Source: Malacoraja senta (Eukaryota). From it: 64,000 bases of DNA. Of the stretch, positions 51,213-63,257 are shown piece after piece. Where the stretch lies: the NCBI GenBank assembly GCA_038087875.1, contig CM075989.1, positions 24,182,001 to 24,246,000 on the forward strand, read 5' to 3'. The notes under the pieces were generated by a model that saw only the letters and a program-made list of their open reading frames with translations, did no database searches and was not told the DNA's origin. The stretch's first letter is position 1. Each line of letters starts with the position of its first letter. The translations under genes were made by a program, and so were the position numbers.

Positions 51213-52119
51213 GTGACGTTTCAGGTCAAGCCCGTTCTTCACCCGAAACGTCACCCATTCCTTCTCTCCAGAGATACTGCCCGTCCCGCTGAGTTACTCC
51301 AGCATTTAGTGTCTCTCTTTGGTTTAAACCAGCATCTGTAGTTCCTTCCGACACGACAAAGTGAAGTAGCTGGTTGTTAAAAATACATTATCAGATGGTT
51401 TGAAGGAAGCACAATGGTATTGAGAAGCGGTGTTATAGGGAGTGCTGCTACCACACATTGCCACGTTCATGTCTGTGTTCATCTTCTCTCTGTGACCTTG
51501 TGTTTCGCCTGGGTGTTCCCATTCGCAGTTTAGTTCATTGTCACATGTACCGAGGTACAATGAAAAGCCACATCCTCATGATGCGGTGGTGGGTAGGTTA
51601 GTTGGCCACTGTACACTGGAGGTGGGTGCGAGGGGATTTAGGGTGGTGTTGAAGGACAGGGGAGGGAAATGGGTAACAGTAAAAATAACTGGGGTGTGGG
51701 GGTGGATGGATTTGATGGCCAGAGCTTCTATGTCATAAAGAAGTCTCAGAAAATGACGAGTTTGTTTATTTGTGTTCATCTGGGTGATAGATGACACTCC
51801 CAGAAGAGGAACACTTTCTGGCTTTGGACATGCATCATGAGGATATAAAGTTTACTTTAGTTTATCGCTATTGCCTCATCTACTGAGACACGGTTAAAAG
51901 CCTTTTTATTGCGTGCTATCCAGTCAAAGAAGAGTCTCAACATGGTGACAATAAAGTCATCCACTGTGTACAGGTAAAGGATAAAGGGGACAGCATTTGG
52001 TGCAAGATAGTCCAATTTATGGGAGTTCAAAGTTTTCCAAGGAGGTAGATGGGAGGTGAGGACCTGATGAGAGGACGGTTCAGTTGTCTGATAACAGCTG
52101 TGAAGAAACTGTCCCTAAA

Positions 52120-52573
52120 AAGGTACCGATGTCAGGACTTGGTAAAGGGGGATGAAAGGTGGCGAGCTGGTATATCCCTTTTGGTAAAGGGGGGTGAAAG
52201 GTGGCGAGTTGGTATATCCCTTTTGGTAAAGGGCGATGAAAGGTGGCGAGTTGGTATATCCCTTTTGCGCGATGTTCAGAATAGAGTATCTGTTTTTCTC
52301 TTTTTTCTTCTTTCTCTTTTTTCTTTCCTAGGGTCTATCTCTTAATCTCCTTTCTCTAATTTCTCGTCTACAGGGTCTTTCTTCTTTCCTTTTGACACGC
52401 TTTTACACTAACACTATTTTCTTTCACTTTCTCTTTCTTCTCAATTTAAACCTTTTTTTAATAGCTTTAAAAAATGAAGGAGTACATTAAATGTAATAAG
52501 ATATATGTGGTGTGCATTAATGTAATTGATTGTAATTTAATGTACTTCTAATAAATAAAAAATAAATAAAAAA
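52120..52573 (+). mobile_element. L1 3' UTR fragment (same family as 49735-50579) inserted in a Rex1 fragment
   Basis: 17-bp TSD aagaaactgtccctaaa at 52103-52119 and 52574-52590; A-rich tail; three 42-bp repeats at 52141-52266. Confidence 0.85.
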
Positions 52574-52931
52574 AAGAAACTGTCCCTAAATCTGGAGGTA
52601 TGCAGTTTCAAACTTCTGTATCTTTGCCTGACCGGGGAAGAGGGAGTGACCAGGGTGAGACCGGCTATTTATAATTTATATTGTTGTATTATTCAAGGCT
52701 TCTTGGTGATTACCAAAGATTACTGAACAATCATATCTATCCAGAACTGCTTGGTATAATATGATTGCAGAGAGATGATAGACCTTTGAAAATACAACAC
52801 TTGCTATGCGAAGTTCTACTCCACAAAGGTTTAGGAGGAACCAGAATCACCAAGGCAAAGTGGTAAAATATTAAAAATAAAAAAACATGGTTTCCCCCCT
52901 TGTGCCAAAGATGGCTCCTTCACCCCCAGTT

Positions 52932-53195
52932 GAGTCTGAAGAAGGGTCTCGACCCGAAACGTCACATATCCATGTTCTCCAGTGATGCTGCTTGACCCGC
53001 TGAGTTACTCCAGCATTCTGTGAAACGTCACCTATCCATGTTCTCCACAGATGCTGCTTGACCCGCTGAGTTACTCCAGCATTCTGTGAAACGTCACCTA
53101 TCCATGTTCTCCACAGATGCTGCCTGACCCGCTGAGTTACGCCAGCACTGTGTCCTTTTATGTATTAACCAGCATCTGCGGTTCCTTGTTTCTAC
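52932..53195 (+). mobile_element. PLE unit with an intact hammerhead core followed by three 66-bp units
   Basis: CTGAAGA at 52936; gaaacgtc at 52956, 53022, 53088. Confidence 0.85.
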
Positions 53196-53849
53196 GTTTC
53201 AACATTAAGAAACCATTGTCTTTAGTCAGGAGCAAGGAGACGAGGCAGTGAAAGACCAGTTGAGGAGGGGAGTTTGGAGTGGGGAGATCTGAGAAGAACG
53301 TTGTGGGCCCTGTTTGAGTGTTATTCATTAGTGAAACCCACAGCTGCCGTAGCTAAACTTTACCTGTCATTGTGTGTGCTTTGCTGTGTTATCCCATGTG
53401 GAAATCTATTGGCAATCCCTGCAACACTCATGAATGGAACCGTACATTATATAAGCCATGGATACATTGTTTGCTGGAGCAGGCTATTAGGACTGATTCC
53501 GTATCAGCTATCAGTGGTGAATTATAGAGGGGGGCGCCAGTCCTCAATGTTACAAGGCATCACACATTATATGTGTGCATGGTTCTGTGTGCTCACCTCT
53601 CAATGCTGTGACCAACATCAACAAGATAAGATTCCGATCCCTGAGTGTACAGTGAGTTTGGCAGGAACGGCACTGCTCTCCCCGTGGTGGCAATGGCACA
53701 ATGTCTACTTGTTGAGGCCGTCTTTTGTTGCAGCACGTTTTGATGTAAATAAAAGATAATTCTCTCCCTATCCTCTGGGAGTGATCATGATCCAACCATG
53801 CAGCTAGAGCTGGCATTTACAGATGTTCTTTCAGGATGTAATCTCATCA

Positions 53850-54392
53850 CTGGCACAGCGGTAGGGTTGCTGCTTCATAGCGCATTAGACATGGGTTCGA
53901 TCCTGACTACGGGTGCTGTCTGTATGGAGTTTGCACGTTGTCCCTGTGACCACGTGGGTTTCCTCCAGATGTTTTGGTTTCCTCTCACATCCCAAAGATG
54001 TGCAAGTTTGCCGGTTAATTGGCTTCTGTAAATTGTCCCTAGAGTGCATAGAAACATAGAAACTAGGTGCAGGAAGAGGCCATTCAGCCCTTCGAGCCAG
54101 CACCGCCATTCATTGTGATCATGGCTGATCGTCCCCTATCAATAACCCATGCCTGCCTTCTCCCCATATCCCTTGACTCCACTAGCCCCTAGAGCTCTAT
54201 CTAACTCTCTCTTAAATCCATCCAGTGACTTGGCCTCCACTGCCCTCTGTGGCAGGGAATTCCATAAATTCACAACTCTCTGGGTGAAAACATTTTTTCT
54301 CAAAACAGTGCAGGATAGAACTAGTATGTGGGTGATCATTGGTTGGCGTGGACTAGGTGGGTGTTTCCACGCTGTAGATCTAAACTAAATTA
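53850..54392 (+). mobile_element. V-SINE interrupted by an antisense CR1 tail (54047-54302)
   Basis: SINE resumes at gtgcaggatagaactag. Confidence 0.82.
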
Positions 54393-54399
54393 AACACAG

Positions 54400-54809
54400 G
54401 AGACGCCAAAGTTTCCTGTCCTTGGCATTGGTATCCCAGCTTAAAGAAGGCAAGCGTAAAAGAGGCGGACAAAAGAAGAGATTCAAAGTCACCTTAAAAG
54501 CCAGCATGAAGAAATGTGAAATCGACATCGACAATTGGGAAACCAATGCCAAGGACAGGAAACTCTGGCGAACCTTCGTCCAAGAAGGAACAGCGACCTT
54601 CGAAGCCAAGAGAGCAGAATTAGATGAAAAGAGAAGAAAACGGAAAGAGAGGCAGCAACAACCAAAGCCCGATCTGCCGTCTGGAATTACCTGTCCTGAA
54701 TGTCGAAGAACTTTCAAAGCCAGGATTGGACAGAAGCCACATGAGAGTCCATAAAAACAACAGAACGTAGACCATAATCCTCGACCTCGAGGGATAGCCA
54801 CGACGACTC
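54400..54809 (+). mobile_element. RTE-clade LINE 3' fragment
   Basis: QLKEGKRKRGGQKKRFKVTLKASMKKCEIDIDNWETNAKDRKLWR..TCPECRRTFKARIG; acgacgac tail. Confidence 0.88.
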
Positions 54810-55489
54810 GAAACGTCACCCATTCCTTCTCTCCAGAGATGCTGCCTGTCCCGCTGAGTTACTCCAGCTTTTTGTGTCTATGTTCGGTGTAATCCAGCAT
54901 CTGCAGTTCCTTCCTACACATTAAATCTGTGTTCTGCACATCATTGACTCATTGATGAAATGTGTTTGGATCCAAAGATGTTTCTATCTGAATGGGAAAA
55001 AAACCTATTCATTTTTATTTGAATTATCTATCGTATTATTACCTTCTGAATAGAGTTTGAAAGCAATAAGGGTGGTGATGAAAGGAGGATTTAGTTGTCC
55101 GGAGGGGGTAGGGGGGGGGTGGGGGAGGTATTTATGACAAAGAAGTGTAAAGACAGCATTTCCCAGTCAAAGTGCGATTGAGCTCGTTACTAACAGAAAT
55201 AAAATGGTGCTAAACACTGAAGACTTTGGTCTTAATCATTCAAGCTCCTTTGGGTTTAGAGTGCATGCGTGAGTTCTTAATGTGAACATTGCCAGGAATA
55301 TAAATGAGTGTTAGAGAAACAGGGGGAGCTGCTAGAGTGGGTACAACGTGTTTTTATCTCAGTCCCTGCAACGTGTGTGCACACATCATGAATATATATC
55401 CATAATAAAACATCATAAATAGATGATGGATGTTTACAGTCACCACACTGGTCATGAGGGTTGTGTCTGCGTACAACCCTGCCCAGAAA

Positions 55490-55773
55490 ATAAGGGGAGA
55501 GAGAGCAGAGGGAGAGGGGGGGGGGCAGAGAGAGAGAGAGGGGGGAGTGGGAGCAGGGAGAGAGGGGGGAACAGGGAGAGAGGGGGGAACAGGGAGAGAG
55601 AGAGTGAAAGGAGGGGGTGAGTGGGGGGAGGGGTGAGTGGGGGGAGGGGGAGTGGGAGGGGGGAGTGGGAGAGGTAGTGGGAGGGATGGGAGGGGGGAGT
55701 GGGAGATGGGGAGTGGAAGTAGGAGAGGTAGTGGAAGGGTGGTGACTGGGGGTTGGGGTTAGGAGGGGGGAGA
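55490..55773 (+). repeat. G-rich, purine-rich low-complexity tract
   Basis: Many G3-G8 runs and (GA)n. Confidence 0.9.
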
Positions 55774-56114
55774 GATAACATTGCTTTTGCTTTCACTATA
55801 CCTCTCACTTTCTTTCCAGTTTAAAACTAATTTCTATTTTTTTGGTCTGGAGAAAGGCTACTGACCTGTAAAGTCAACTTTCTTCACTCTCCATAGTGGC
55901 TGCTTGACCCACTGGGTATTTCGAGCAATGTCTGTATTTATTTCTGATTTCCGGCATCTGCATTATGTTATTTTTGAACATCGGACCAATCAGCTTGGCA
56001 TTTACGGTGTGGGGTTTTCTTGGCTGAGACAGTCACTCGTCTAATTGTGATATGTGTATTGTTGGCAAAGCCAGCATTTATTGATCAACTCAATGCCTCT
56101 TGAGGAGATGTGTT

Positions 56115-56370
56115 TGAAGGAACTGCAGATGCTGGTTTACACCAAAGATAGACACAAAAAGCTGGAGTAACTCAGCGGGACAGGCAGCATCTCTGGAGAG
56201 AAGGAATGGGTGACGTTTCAGGTCGAGACCCTTCTTCAGACTGAAGACGGGTCTCAACCAGAAACGTTACCCATTCCTTATATCAAGACATGCTACCTGT
56301 CCTGCTGAGTTACTCCAGCACTTTGTGTCTATCTTTGGTTTAAACCAGCATCTGCAGTTCCTTCCCACAC
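56115..56370. mobile_element. Near-complete PLE foldback (subtype A)
   Basis: Arms centred on cttcagactgaag, with hammerhead-like cores on both strands. Confidence 0.85.
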
Positions 56371-56754
56371 AATACATTTCCAGGGCTGTGCAGAATGAAG
56401 AACAAAATGGGATTTGTTGACTAGCCTTTCCAGTTTGCTGGCAAAGGCACAAGAAGCCTCTGGGCTGGGTGATGATGTGGGTCTCTGAACATAACAGTTG
56501 CTGAGTGAAGGCCAGCCAATGTCCACCAGTACAGCAGGTTTCATGGAATACACAGCTGGCTCATTTTACCACTTGGTCTGTGGGTTTTGATGGTTGTCAT
56601 GGTTGGTTGGGGCCCAGCAACAAGGCCAGCCATTCCCCTGTCTGCACTTTGGTCACTAAAGCAGTTGTGCTATCTCTTTACGTTTTACAGTGTCTGTCCG
56701 ATATCCTGCATGGACCAGCACGCATGGTACTTCATGCAAACAGAACAGACTCAA

Positions 56755-57295
56755 GGGTGACACGGTGGTGTAGCGGTAGAGTTGCTGCCTCACAGCGCCA
56801 GGGACCTGGGTTCCATCCTGCGGTGGGTGCTGTGTGTTTGGAGTTTGTACGTTCTCCCTGTGACCCGCGTGGGTTTTCACCAGTGCTTAGGTTTCCTCCC
56901 ACACTCCAAAGACGTGCAGGTTTGCAGGTCATTCGGCCCACCGAGCCTGCGCCGACCAGCGATCTCCACACATTTATACCAAGCCAAATAACTTACAAAC
57001 CTGTACGTCTTTGGAGTGTGGGAGGAAACCGAAGATCTCGGAGAAAACCCACGCAGGTCACGGGGAGAACGTACAAACTCCGTACAGACAACACCCGTAG
57101 TCAGGATCGAACCCGGCGTCTCTGGCGCTGTAAGGCGGCAACTCTACCGTAGCGCTACCGTGCTGCCCACCGTGAAGCTTCTGTACATTGTCCCCAGTTG
57201 TGGGATAGAGCTAGTGTACGGGGTGATCGCTGGTCAACACAGACTCGGTGGGCTGAAGGGCATATTCCCACGCTGTATCTCTAAAGTTTAAAGTA
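56755..57295. mobile_element. V-SINE (+) containing an inverted V-SINE (56930-57172)
   Basis: + head at 56755-56929, - copy, then + tail resumes at about 57176. Confidence 0.82.
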
Positions 57296-57699
57296 AATTC
57301 TAAAGGCAGATATCATTATCTGATATTTTAATGCATCTCCAGAAGGTAGACCATTATATATACATCCATGGCAGGCAAAAGTCACAAAAGCAAAACAAAG
57401 TATTTTTTAATTTGCTGTCTGTTTTTGTTATTCGCACACAAAACCAGGGGCTGCTCCCTCCCGCACCCCATCTATTTTACAGCGTACCATTTCTCGGTGA
57501 ACATGCGTGATCTGTTACTCAAATTCTCAGAAGTTCTGCAACTTTTTTGGGACTTTAAAAAGAGTTCTTGTGTTTAAATCCACAAGTTAATTCGAAAACA
57601 TTCCAAAACTCCTGGGAGAACTCCTAAATCATTTCCTAATTTCCAAGAAGCAAATTGGATTAATAAGGACTTACATGGCCAAGAAAGATATGGACACTG

Positions 57700-58103
57700 A
57701 GAGAACATAGAACAGGGCAGGAACCGGTCCTTCAGCCCACAGTATCTGTGCCAAATATGATGCCAAACTAAACTAATCCCATCTGCCCACACATGATCCA
57801 TACTGTTCCATCCCCTGCATAACCTTGTGCCAATTAAAAAACCTCTTAAATGCCATCATCATATCTATTTCCCACACCGCCCTGTCAATGCATTCTAGAG
57901 AGTAAAAACCTACCCCTCGCATCTTCTCAAAACTATCCCCCTCTCGCCTAATGTCCTCCGGTATCTGACATTTCCACCCTGGGGACGAGGTTTCTGACCA
58001 TCTGTCTGTCTGTGCCTCTCATCATTTAGTAAACGTCTATCAAATCTCTCCTCAGCTCCTGGAACTCCAGAGAAAATGATCCATGTTTGTCCAATCTCTC
58101 CCA
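57700..58103 (-). mobile_element. Diverged CR1 3' fragment; continues at about 58876-59080 after the Rex1 insertion
   Basis: CR1 tail homology; upstream piece has VDIV.FDKVPHARLV.KIKMHGI.G. Confidence 0.75.
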
Positions 58104-58111
58104 TTAAGTGA

Positions 58112-58875
58112 TCAGTTCAGTTCAGTTTTATTTGTCATATGTAGGTTAACACAGGGTCAACGGTACAATGAAATGTGTTTGACAAGACAACGGGTCACCT
58201 CAGCAATGATATTACAAGGATAAAAATAAGATAAGATAAGATAAAAGTGACATTGGTAGGTAAAAGACAATAATAAATAAAATAATCAACATATATAATG
58301 TGTTTATGAGTTCAGAAGCCTGATGGCATGATGATAAAAACTGTTCTTAAGACTGGTGGTGCGTGCAGCCCTGCTCCTGTATCGTCTGCCTGACGGTAAC
58401 AAGGAGAACAGTCTGGGTGCTGGGTGGCTGTGGTCCTTGATGAAGCCGTGTGCCTTCCGCAGGCACCGCCTGTGGAAAATGTCCTGAATGGCCGGGAGAC
58501 AGTTGCCAGTGATGTGCTGTGCCGCCTTCACCACTCTGTGTAGTGATTTGCGGCTGTGGGCAGAACAGTTCCCGTACCAGACTGTGATGCAGCCCATCAG
58601 CAGACTCTCGATGGTGCAACTGTAGACGTTTGTGAGGATGCTGGCATTCATGCCAAACTTCCTCAGTCTTCTCAGGAAAAAGAGCCGCTGGCGGGCTTTC
58701 TTAGTTATTGTGTCCGTGTGCAGTGTCCAAGAGAGGTCCTCAGTGATGTGCACACCGAGGAACTTGAAGCTGCTGACCCTTTCAACCTCAGCATCACTGA
58801 TGTGGATGGGGAGGTGTCCACTCCCCTGCTGTCTCCTGTAGTCCACGATCATCTCTTTAGTTTTGCTGACATTGA
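58112..58875 (-). mobile_element. Rex1/Babar LINE 3' fragment
   Basis: LNVSKTKEMIVDYRR..FKFLGVHITEDLSW..KKARQRLFFLRRLRKF..CITVWYGNC..AIRLLNS; (AACTG)n tail. Confidence 0.93.
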
Positions 58876-59282
58876 GAGACATCCCCTCTCATCCAGGCAA
58901 CATCCTTGTAAACTTCTGCACCCTGTCCAATCCAAACTACCGAGTCACCAAGGATCCCATGCATCTTAATCTTCAGAACCAGCCTAGCATGAGGGACCTT
59001 GTCAAATGTAACAATATCCACTGGCCTCCCATTATTCATCACCTTCGCAAACAACTCAGTCAAGTTTGTACATCCTCTAACTCCAAGCACTATTCAAGGT
59101 TTCAACATTTCAAGGTCAGTTTATTGTCACATGTGTCATTTAAGGCCGAGTGAAATTCCAATTACCTCCTTCATCCTCAAGTCATCTTATCCTCCCTTTT
59201 TTTTTAATGAATGTATGAAAATGCTTGGGATTCTTCAGGACATACTTTATCTTCCTACCTGTGTGATTGTACCAATGTGGGA

Positions 59283-59638
59283 AAATCTTATAGAGATGTA
59301 CAAAATCATGAGAGGAATAGATCAGGTAGATGCACAGAGTCTCTTGCCCAGAGTAGGGGAATCGAGGACCAGAGGTCACAAGATTAAAGTGAAGTGGAAA
59401 ATATTTAATAGGAATCTGAGGGGTAACATTTTCACCCAGAGGATGGTGGGTGTATGGAACAAGCTGCCAGAGGAGGTAGTTAAGGCTGGGACTATACCAG
59501 CATTTAAGAAACAGGTACATGGATCAGACAGATTTGGAGGGATATGGACCAAATGCAGGCAGGTGGGACTAGTGTAGCTGGGACATGTTGGCCGGATGGG
59601 CAGGTTGGGACAAAGGACTGTATCACTCTATGTCTCTA
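59283..59638 (+). mobile_element. CR1 3' fragment
   Basis: LIEMYKIMRGIDQVDAQSLLPRVGESRTRGH. Confidence 0.9.
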
Positions 59639-60764
59639 TCCCCTCACTGAATGTCCTGAGCCTACTTTGCAACATCCTTGATCTTGACATCAAGGGGTGG
59701 CAACACAGTGTAGCTTTACTGCCTCAGTCAAGTCAAGTTTATTTGTCACATACACATACGAGATGTGCAGTGAAATGAAAAGTGGCAATGCTCACGGACT
59801 TTGTGCAAAAAACAAACAACAAACTTCAACAGAATGGAAGAATAGAATCACATATTCTTTTACATATTAAATATTGTGGGCGGAAGGAAAAAGGGGAAAA
59901 AAACAGGGGGAAAAAATCAACAGCAATTTTTAAAAACCAGTAAAGTGGTCCAGTAGAGTTAGTCCCTGGTGAGATAGAAGTTTACAGTCCTAATGGCCTC
60001 TGGGAAGAAACTCCTTCTCAACCTCTCTGTCCGTAGTGCCCCTCTCACCTTAGCTCGCCTAGATCAGCCCAACCCTGCTGTTCAACAGAGCCTGTCATGG
60101 TGCCACTGTGCTTGAAAGTTATTTACAAAGTATTAGCCTAATTCTTAAAGTTTTAAACTTTTTATTATTATGTCGTCCGAATAACCTTTTGTCAGAATGA
60201 CGACTGATTCTGATACCGTTGTTTAAATTCATGAAAGAATGGGCAAGGTAAATATTAGCAGACTGTTTTCAAGTGACTGGTGGCCACAAAACACGAGACG
60301 TAAGATTAACTGAAAAGAACAGAGAACAGAACAAAAGAAGGTATTTGGTGGTCTGGGCAATGTACTATTGAAGTTAGAGTCAGCATTAGAGAATACATTT
60401 ACAACAACACAAGAGATGATTTGGTTCATCAGGTTCATTCTGGCTGAAAATTGAAAGGTAAAAATCCCAGAAGTTGCCAATGGATGGGTGTGGGGAGGAT
60501 GTCACCTGTTAGTTTAGTTCAGTTTACTATTCTCACATGTACCCAGGTACAGTGAAAAGCTTTTATGTTGCCTGCCATCCAGTCAAAGAGATTATACATG
60601 AATAAAAGCAAGCCATGTACAGATACAGAAAAAGGATTAAATGTGCAAGGTTTAAAGTAAACATATAACATTGATGTCCGATAGTCTGATTAAAGAAAGT
60701 GCAAAGGTTTCCAATGAGGTAGATGGGAGAAACCAAGATCCATTTTTGTTTTTAAAGATACTTA

Positions 60765-61655
60765 CTACTGGAGTAACTCAGCGGGTCAGGCAGCATCTGT
60801 GGAGAACATGGATACTTGACGTTTCACAGAGTACTGGAGTAACTCAGCGGGTCAGGCAGCATCTGTGGAGAACATGGATAAGAACATGGATAGGTGACGT
60901 TTCACAGAGTGCTGGAGTAACTCAGCGGGTCAGGCAGCATCTGTGGAGAACATGGATAGGTGACGTTTCACAGAGTGCTGGAGTAACTCAGCGGGTCAGG
61001 CAGCATCTGTGGAGAACATGGATAGGTGACGTTTCACAGAGTGCTGGAGTAACTCAGCGGGTCAGGCAGCATCTGTGGAGCGAAGGAAATGGGCAACCTT
61101 TCGGGCCGAAACCCTGAAGGAAATAGGCAACGTTTCGGGCCGAAACCCGGAAGGGTTTCGGGCCGAAACGTTGCCTATTTCCTTCGCTCCATAGATGCTG
61201 CCGGAACATGGATAGGTGACGTTTTACAGAGTGCTGGAGTAACTCAGCGGGTCAGGCAGCATCTGTGGAGAACATGGATAGGTGGCGTTTCACAGAGTGC
61301 TGGAGTAACTCAGCGGGTCAGGCAGCATCTGTGGAGAACATGGATAGGTGGCGTTTCACAGAGTGCTGGAGTAACTCAGCGGGTCAGGCAGCATCTGTGG
61401 AGAACATGGATAGGTGGCGTTTTGAGTCAAAACCAGTCTCGATGCTGCCTGAACCTCTGTGTGTGGCAATGAATTCCACAGATTCACCACCATTGTCAGC
61501 TGAAACTTCACAGCCACTTCAGAGATAGAAAAAGACAAAGTGCTGGAGTAACTCAGTGGCTCAGGCAGCATCGAGACTGGTCTTGACCCAAAACGTCACC
61601 TATCCATGTTCTCCACAGATGCTCCCTGACCCGCTGAGTTACTCCTGCACTCTGT
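60765..61655. repeat. Largest 66-bp unit array (about 8 units) with an embedded subtype-B foldback (61080-61203) and a downstream inverted arm (61560-61655)
   Basis: Directly visible repeats. Confidence 0.9.
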
Positions 61656-61929
61656 GTCCTTCAAACATTGCCTGACCACCTGGGTGTCGCAGCAGATTTT
61701 GTTTTTATTTTAATCAGTTCATTGTCGGTTTGTGCTGGCAGTTTTTTCCACAAGACATATCCTCGAAATCTTTTCTCCTTAAGATTCACCTTCCCCAGTT
61801 TATTATCTAATTATCTATAAGAAATATTACTTTATATCAATTTTAATATTTAGAGTCATAGTTTTTCATTGTCCTATCTGGGCCACGTGACAATAAACTC
61901 TCTTGACTTGACTTGACTTGACTAGTTTA

Positions 61930-62112
61930 ATACAGTGTGGAAACATGCCCTTCGGCCCAACTTGCCCACACTGGCCAACAATGTCCCAGCTACCCTAGTC
62001 CCACTTGCCTGTGCTTGGTCCATATCCCTCCACACCTGTCCTATCCATGTACCTGTCTAACTGTTTCTTAAACGATGGGATAGTCCCAGCCTCAACTACC
62101 TCCTCTGGCAGC
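61930..62112 (-). mobile_element. CR1 3' tail
   Basis: Homologous to 21846-22030. Confidence 0.8.
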
Positions 62113-63257
62113 TTTTTACTGTAATCAAATGTATTTCTGGTGAGACTTTCTCGACATTTCAGAGGATACTTGAGTATGCAGTGGCACTCACTTCACTTGC
62201 TGACCTGATGAATATAGTTGGGAGAGGCATCTTGTCCATGAACAAGACCCTATCTCCGTGAAGCCCAGGTCATAACAATTGCATGGTGTTTATTTCATCT
62301 GTACAGACTATTCCCCATCTCCCACAGGCAGGCTTCTCATCAGAGGTGTTTATCACACTTAGAGCTGGTCCAAGATATATTAATGAGCCTCGGGCTTAGA
62401 AGTCACAGTTGATTTACTGGTCTCAGCATTGGGCAGTTGTGATTCATGCCTTGCTTACTTTACACCTCATCAAAGAGTCCCGGCTCTAGAATCAACTGCT
62501 TTGCAGATAAGTCATGAGAAAACCATGCATTCAAAAATAGTTTTCGTAATGGACTTATTTAATGATTTGTGGGTTTTTATGGGTTGTCGGCATTGGATAT
62601 ATTGTGCCAGAGGCTTTTGTCTTCGAAGTGAACAATAAACAGGTGTGCAAACAGATAGAACAGTCAGTCGTACAGAGCAGTACGTGTGGCAGTGAGCAGT
62701 GTATCTCCCTGATGTTGAAAGCTAGAGCGGACCTCATGTGGACGGTTTATGTCAGCGTGAGGGTTGGTGGCAGAGGTATTTACGACAACTATCACAACAT
62801 TTAAACAACATTTGGACAGGGACATGGTTAGTAATACGGGCCAAATTCAGGCAGGTTGGACTAGTGTAGATGGAGTATGTTGGTCGGTGTGGGCAACTTG
62901 GGCCGAAGGGCCTGTTTCCACACTGTATCACTCTATGACTCTGTCGTTTTATAACAACATCTGGTAACACAGGAGCAGGTCCAATTCTTTTAAATTTCAT
63001 TTTAAAATTGAAATAAAAAATAAATATCTTTGCTCCAAGATGATTGTTAGGAAAAGCCTGGTCATTTTTCTCAGCTGTGTCTTTTATTGAAATAAATAAC
63101 TTAAATGGATACAGCAGAGAGACACCACCCATGTGTGATGAAAGGATGAAGGTGTCCCGGTTACTGGCTATGTCCCCTTGTCCGAGTACTAATGAAGGGT
63201 GTGTAGGTGGAGTGTGCCATGCACTGGTCTACTGATCCCAGCTGGAAGGTTGCAGGA

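Noticed and set aside
53274..53759. 161-aa Cys-rich ORF as the next ADAMTSL exon
   Set aside because: Lacks the expected DCP..DFRAQQC..CxLKC motifs and convincing splice sites.
56505..57152. 215-aa ORF
   Set aside because: Runs through nested V-SINEs.
60765..61422. CRISPR-like array of regular repeats
   Set aside because: Units are contiguous with no unique spacers, there are no cas genes, the context is eukaryotic, and the unit derives from the PLE terminal repeat.
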